Positions 59,709 through 64,000 of a stretch of 64,000 bases of DNA are shown here, one piece after another (within the stretch, counting starts at the first letter, position 1; every line of letters starts with the position of its first letter). The stretch is from Marispirochaeta sp. GTDB taxonomy: Bacteria; Spirochaetota; Spirochaetia; JC444; Marispirochaetaceae. The notes below the pieces were generated by a model. That model made no database searches and was not told where the DNA came from. It worked only from the letters and a program-made list of their open reading frames with translations. Made by a program: the position numbers and the translations under genes. Location of the stretch: positions 1,056,001 through 1,120,000 of the forward strand of contig CAXXFF010000002.1 in assembly GCA_963676835.2 (NCBI GenBank), in the 5' to 3' direction.

Positions 59709-61109
59709 TTAATGCAGGGTTACCTGCAGACCAGCGACGAGGTCGGTGGCAGGGTACTCTTCAGGATTGGACCAGTCGATGGTATCCGGTGTGGATGGAG
59801 TGACGGCATGCTGGGTAATGTAGCCCAGTTCGCTTTGCAGGTTTCCGATATTAACATTCATCCCGGGAATTTTATTTTCGCCGAGGTCATAGCTGTTAGT
59901 ATACTCATCGGGAGTCCAGCCGATGCAGTTTGATGGAAATGTACTTCCACTACTGCTGGTTAGGTCAATATCTGCTATCTTGTACAGCAGTGCTGGTTGA
60001 TTACGGGAATCACTGGTGAACCAGTCATTTTCATCAAAGGAGTGGTCAATTTCAAAATAGACATCAAAAACTTCCGGAGAACCATCAAGGTATATATCGA
60101 TGGCAAAGTCTCCGGTTTTTTGGGTTGCTCCACTTACGGCATCAATCTCGTCAATATCCTGTACAGTACTGCCCCGTCTGTTTGTTTCCCAGAATGGCAG
60201 GAGCGTTCCGGTCAGATCCTGGGTATTGACGTGATTACAGATATATATGTTGCTGAAAAAGTCTGAACCGTCCTCCATCCAAACCGTATAAATTTTGTCG
60301 CCGTGTATGGATCCTGTTTCGCCGTCTGTAGCACCACGTTCGCCCCACTCGGTGCCATCGGTAAAGTTTATGGTTATTTTTGGCGCAGTTGAAAGGTCAA
60401 GCTCTACTATATTTGAGTAGCTTGAATATCCTGCTGAATTATTGGCACGCACACGATAGTAGTAGTGGCTGTCTCCACTGATTGTGTTGTCTGTATCTGT
60501 ATAGCTTGTTTCACCTGCAGCGGTGGTAAAGGTTGTTACAGTTGTGCTGAAATCGGCAAACTCAGAACGTTGAATAAAAAATCCTTCTTCATTGTTTGAA
60601 TTATCGGTCCATGAGAAATGAATGAATGGGTTCAATAGTGCTGTGGTTGTTCCTGAAGTTTCAGCTGAACCCCATGCAATTACCGAGGTTAGGACAGGAT
60701 CTGAAGGGGCGGCAGGCAGTACTGATGGATCGGCAGAAAGGTCGATCTCTGCGCTTGCCGAATAATCAGATGCACCGGTGCTGTTAGATGCATATACCCT
60801 TACATAATAGGTTGCATTCGAATTGAGCCCTGTAAGATCAAGACTTACTTCATTTTCTGCAGTACTAGTGGTTGAAGAGGGACTGAATGTGCTGCTGAGA
60901 CTGTATTCAATTATAAATTCATCTTCGCAGTAGGAATTATCTGTCCATACAACCCTACAGCTGGTATCTGAAAGACGGGTAGCAGTAACTCCGGAAGGAG
61001 CCTCCGGGGCTGTCGTGGGAGTGGTTGCCGCATCAGGAGATTCACAGGCGCTTATAATGAGCAGAATTAGAGATACGGTACAGAGAGCTTTTGTCAGATT
61101 CTTCAACAT
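59709..61109 (-). CDS. Lipoprotein with two fibronectin type III domains and a DUF2271-like C-terminus
   Basis: Lipobox ISAC; WTDNS..E..F.I and YY.RV.A.N..G.S.YS each twice; VWMED, LPFW, DAVSGAT. Confidence 0.8.
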   Translation of the reverse strand: MLKNLTKALCTVSLILLIISACESPDAATTPTTAPEAPSGVTATRLSDTSCRVVWTDNSYCEDEFIIEYSLSSTFSPSSTTSTAENEVSLDLTGLNSNATYYVRVYASNSTGASDYSASAEIDLSADPSVLPAAPSDPVLTSVIAWGSAETSGTTTALLNPFIHFSWTDNSNNEEGFFIQRSEFADFSTTVTTFTTAAGETSYTDTDNTISGDSHYYYRVRANNSAGYSSYSNIVELDLSTAPKITINFTDGTEWGERGATDGETGSIHGDKIYTVWMEDGSDFFSNIYICNHVNTQDLTGTLLPFWETNRRGSTVQDIDEIDAVSGATQKTGDFAIDIYLDGSPEVFDVYFEIDHSFDENDWFTSDSRNQPALLYKIADIDLTSSSGSTFPSNCIGWTPDEYTNSYDLGENKIPGMNVNIGNLQSELGYITQHAVTPSTPDTIDWSNPEEYPATDLVAGLQVTLH

Positions 61110-61232
61110 TGCTTTAATCCTGTTTTAATAACTGTTGATCCGGTGATCCTGCCGGGCAATCGAAGGTCATTCTATGATAAGCAGAGTAAAAATTCCATTA
61201 GGGAACTTCGATTCCGTACGGAAACATGATAT

Positions 61233-61381
61233 GGGCAGCTCTAAAAACTACTCTTTTCTCCATATCCTGCGTCGTCAAGATTTCCCGCGGTCCTCAACTC
61301 TTGTTGCAATAAGAGTTTGCGGGCGCTACAAAATCTATCCTCCTTGCCTATGGCAAAAATACCACGTTTTTAGAGCTGCCC
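61233..61381. mobile_element. MITE-like element, 149 bp
   Basis: Perfect 16-bp terminal inverted repeats GGGCAGCTCTAAAAAC / GTTTTTAGAGCTGCCC, internal hairpin, no transposase. Confidence 0.7.
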
Positions 61382-61382
61382 T

Positions 61383-61688
61383 TTACTTTATGACCCTGCC
61401 AATAGAGAATCTCGTACCGATATTTTTCTGCAGAAAGCTGAGCAGATTCTGGTTGATGCCGTTCTCCCAACCGAATCCGGCTCCCCTGGGAGAGAGAAAC
61501 AGCACTGATCCTTTAACTGCCCAGTACATGCCCCATTCGGTAGTGGTGGGGTGAGAACTGTGGAGCCCCCCGAACCAGTAGTATCCTCCTCTCAGCCATG
61601 CAACCCGGCCGTAACTGTCAAAGTCTCCGGCAGATTTGAAGTCTGAAACATCCGGCAGACGTGTTGAAATATCAAGAGTGTTAATCAT
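61383..61688 (-). CDS. Hypothetical protein, possibly a fragment
   Basis: 101 aa with an AAGGAG RBS; the stop codon abuts the MITE end. Confidence 0.4.
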   Translation of the reverse strand: MINTLDISTRLPDVSDFKSAGDFDSYGRVAWLRGGYYWFGGLHSSHPTTTEWGMYWAVKGSVLFLSPRGAGFGWENGINQNLLSFLQKNIGTRFSIGRVIK

Positions 61689-61906
61689 GCAGTTATCCTC
61701 CTTGACTATGGTAGAAACACCAGTTTTAAGAGGTGCTCTTTATCTATTAACGCAGCCTGACGGAAAAATCAGGCACAAAAAACCGGGGGAAAAGAGCTCT
61801 TTACGCTCTTTTGACCGGAGGACCGGCAAACACCGGAGAACAGGTCGCTAAGAAATTTTTTTGATTTTTTATTTTTTTTTACTACACTGGAATTCAGGGT
61901 GAAGAT

Positions 61907-63769
61907 ATGAAAATTTCGTTTCTCTGGAAGATATTCTTTATAGTCGCATTCTCTTATATCGTACTGTTCGGAATAACCGTTTTTACCATGCATTTTACTA
62001 CCAATATGGTGAGCGATCTGATACAAACCAGAAACTATGAGTCCATGATGAAAGAGCGGAAGGCCTCAATTAAAAGCCAGGCTGAAATCATGCAGTCAAT
62101 TCTGAACGGGTTCCTTGCTGAAGGCACTGCCGGGATGGATCGGGAAGCTAAAATGTTTATGGTCCGCAAACTGATACGTGACGGCAGTTTTGGGGATAAC
62201 GGTTATTTTTTCGCATACAGTTATGACGGGCTTCGCCTTTCCTACCGTCCGGCTCCGGAAACCGAACTGGAAACCAATTTGTATGATGTTCAGGATGAGC
62301 AGGGAAGTTACCTGGTCCGGGATATGATCGAGGCCGCAAAAAGGGGCGGTGACTTTACCACTTACTACTGGAATAATCCGCTGAGCAATCAGGTGGAACC
62401 GAAGGTGGGCTACTATTTTCCCATTAGCTTTGACGGGTATCAGCTGTTTGTCGGTGTTGGAGAATATGTATATGCAATCCAGGCGCAGAACGAGCAGTTT
62501 GTAAAAACTTTGACAGGCAAAATGGCCAGTCTGTGGATAGGGCAGATTCTTATGTTCGGCCTGTTTTTTATACTGGCACTGTTGGTTCTCTATTTTGTTT
62601 TGCGCAGGTTTGTCCGCCCGCTGCGCAATATGGCGGATATTTTCACCAGAATAGCAACCGGGGAAGCTGATCTGGCCGCAAAGATTAACCTGCGCTCTCG
62701 GGATGAAATCGGCACAGTTGCTGCCAGATTTAACGATTTTATCGGGAATATGCGCAAGATAGTGCTGGAAACCCGGCAGATTGTGGAGAGTACTATGCAG
62801 ATAGAGGACTCTCTGAGTAGCACCACCGGGAACACCAGCAGGTCCGTGGAAAGTATTGTCCAGAATATTGAAAGAGTCCGGGTTCAGCTTAACAGCTTGA
62901 ATGAGATCGTCGCTGGTTCGGCTACAGCTGTGGAGCAGATTCATGCAAATGTTACAACCTTTGATAATCAGATCGAAAACCAGGCCGCCATGGTTGAGGA
63001 ATCAACTGCTGCCATCAACGAAATGATCGCATCCCTTGCCAGTGTGGACAGCATTACCCGCACCAAACGGGAATCCATTTCTCATCTGTCAAAGACCATG
63101 ACCGACGGCCGCAACCAGCTGGAGAATACAAAGAGTGATTTCGCCAAGGTTGTGGCAACCATGGACGAGATCAACGAAATGGCCACAATAATAGGATCCA
63201 TTGCGGATCAGACCAATATGCTCTCAATGAACGCTGCCATTGAAGCAGCTCATGCCGGAGAGTCTGGAAAGGGATTTGCAGTTGTGGCAGAAGAGATCCG
63301 CAAGCTGGCAGAGAATGCCGGAGACTCCTCTACAAGAATTGCCAATCTGGTAAAGCAGGTTGCGGAAGGTGTTTCTGCCACGGGGCAGAATGTGCAGGAT
63401 GTTGATCAGATTTTTTCTCGTATAAACGACGAGATTGACTCCACGGTAAATGCCTTTCAGGAGATTGAGTATTCCATTTCCGAGCTGAATACCGGGGGCA
63501 GTCAGGTTCTTGAGGCTTCGCAGGAGATCAATAACGCGACAATTCAGATTCGTGACGGCTCCGGCGAAATACGTTCCGGCGTGCAGACCATGATGGAGTC
63601 CGCCGAGGGGGTTCGAACAGTCTCCGGTGAAGTTGCGGATGATATGGGTAAGATTAACAGCGAGTCCGAGGATATCAGGCATGCGGTGCAGGGGATTGTG
63701 GACATTACTACTGAGCTTGCCAAAATTGTTGATGTGCTGAATGCGGAGTTCGGGAAGTTTAAGGTTTAG
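61907..63769 (+). CDS. Methyl-accepting chemotaxis protein (single Cache_2)
   Basis: GYFF.Y, D..G..L...[29 protein letters not shown]. Confidence 0.95.
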   Translation: MKISFLWKIFFIVAFSYIVLFGITVFTMHFTTNMVSDLIQTRNYESMMKERKASIKSQAEIMQSILNGFLAEGTAGMDREAKMFMVRKLIRDGSFGDNGYFFAYSYDGLRLSYRPAPETELETNLYDVQDEQGSYLVRDMIEAAKRGGDFTTYYWNNPLSNQVEPKVGYYFPISFDGYQLFVGVGEYVYAIQAQNEQFVKTLTGKMASLWIGQILMFGLFFILALLVLYFVLRRFVRPLRNMADIFTRIATGEADLAAKINLRSRDEIGTVAARFNDFIGNMRKIVLETRQIVESTMQIEDSLSSTTGNTSRSVESIVQNIERVRVQLNSLNEIVAGSATAVEQIHANVTTFDNQIENQAAMVEESTAAINEMIASLASVDSITRTKRESISHLSKTMTDGRNQLENTKSDFAKVVATMDEINEMATIIGSIADQTNMLSMNAAIEAAHAGESGKGFAVVAEEIRKLAENAGDSSTRIANLVKQVAEGVSATGQNVQDVDQIFSRINDEIDSTVNAFQEIEYSISELNTGGSQVLEASQEINNATIQIRDGSGEIRSGVQTMMESAEGVRTVSGEVADDMGKINSESEDIRHAVQGIVDITTELAKIVDVLNAEFGKFKV

Positions 63770-63778
63770 AGGTTTCCA

Positions 63779-64000
63779 TCAGGTTCCACTCTGTATTATC
63801 CCGATGCTCTGGGCGTAACGTACCAGTTCCGCGTTATTGTCCAGGGCAAGTTTTTTTAAAATGGATGACTTGTAATTTTCTACAGTGCGGTGGCTGATAA
63901 ACAGCGATGAGGCGATGGTTCGGTTTGAGTGTCCTTCTGCCAGCAGGCGGAAAACTTCCTGCTCCCGGTGGCTTAAGGAATCGTAGTCGTCGTGCCGGGT
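63779..64000 (-). CDS. LuxR/NarL-type response regulator, C-terminal part only
   Basis: Manual translation ...YDSLSHREQEVFRLLAEGHSNRTIASSLFISHRTVENYKSSIFKKL...ELVRYA; start lies beyond the window. Confidence 0.85.
   Translation of the reverse strand, partial: TRHDDYDSLSHREQEVFRLLAEGHSNRTIASSLFISHRTVENYKSSILKKLALDNNAELVRYAQSIGIIQSGT

Noticed and set aside
61750..61855. Possible c-di-GMP-I riboswitch upstream of the MCP (GGCAAACACCGG...)
   Set aside because: Lacks the GAAA tetraloop, the GACGCAAAG junction and a convincing second stem; a scan with the Rfam c-di-GMP-I model would settle it.

Overview
Bacterial chromosomal window. Several MCPs, the lipoprotein style and the short palindromic elements suggest a free-living anaerobic spirochaete (Spirochaetaceae-like); this is an inference, not proven. 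Contents from left to right: (1) a GntR / HMG-CoA lyase / class I-type HMG-CoA reductase operon, cut at the left edge; (2) GntR plus HpcH aldolase, pirin, a BrnTA pair, an ABC-F protein, a MalT-like LuxR module, and rubredoxin/rubrerythrin genes; (3) a tRNA-Leu(CAG) hotspot with three toxin-antitoxin pairs, an RRM protein and two families of structured repeats; (4) a glucarate/galactarate cluster (cdaR, DapA-family gene, garR, gudD, garD); (5) an [FeFe]-hydrogenase-MCP fusion and other MCPs; (6) lnt, wrbA/marR, glycerate kinase, a GGDEF protein, polB, mrp and nadE; (7) a 1115-aa fusion of 2-oxoacid dehydrogenase E1alpha, E1beta and a lipoyl domain to FabH, with no E2 core; (8) an MFS-HEAT protein, an FN3 lipoprotein with a flavinylation motif, a MITE-like element, an MCP and a partial response regulator. 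The most striking candidates for new biology are the E1-lipoyl-FabH fusion and the tRNA-linked structured repeat/cassette array. All calls come from reading motifs by eye; no searches were run.
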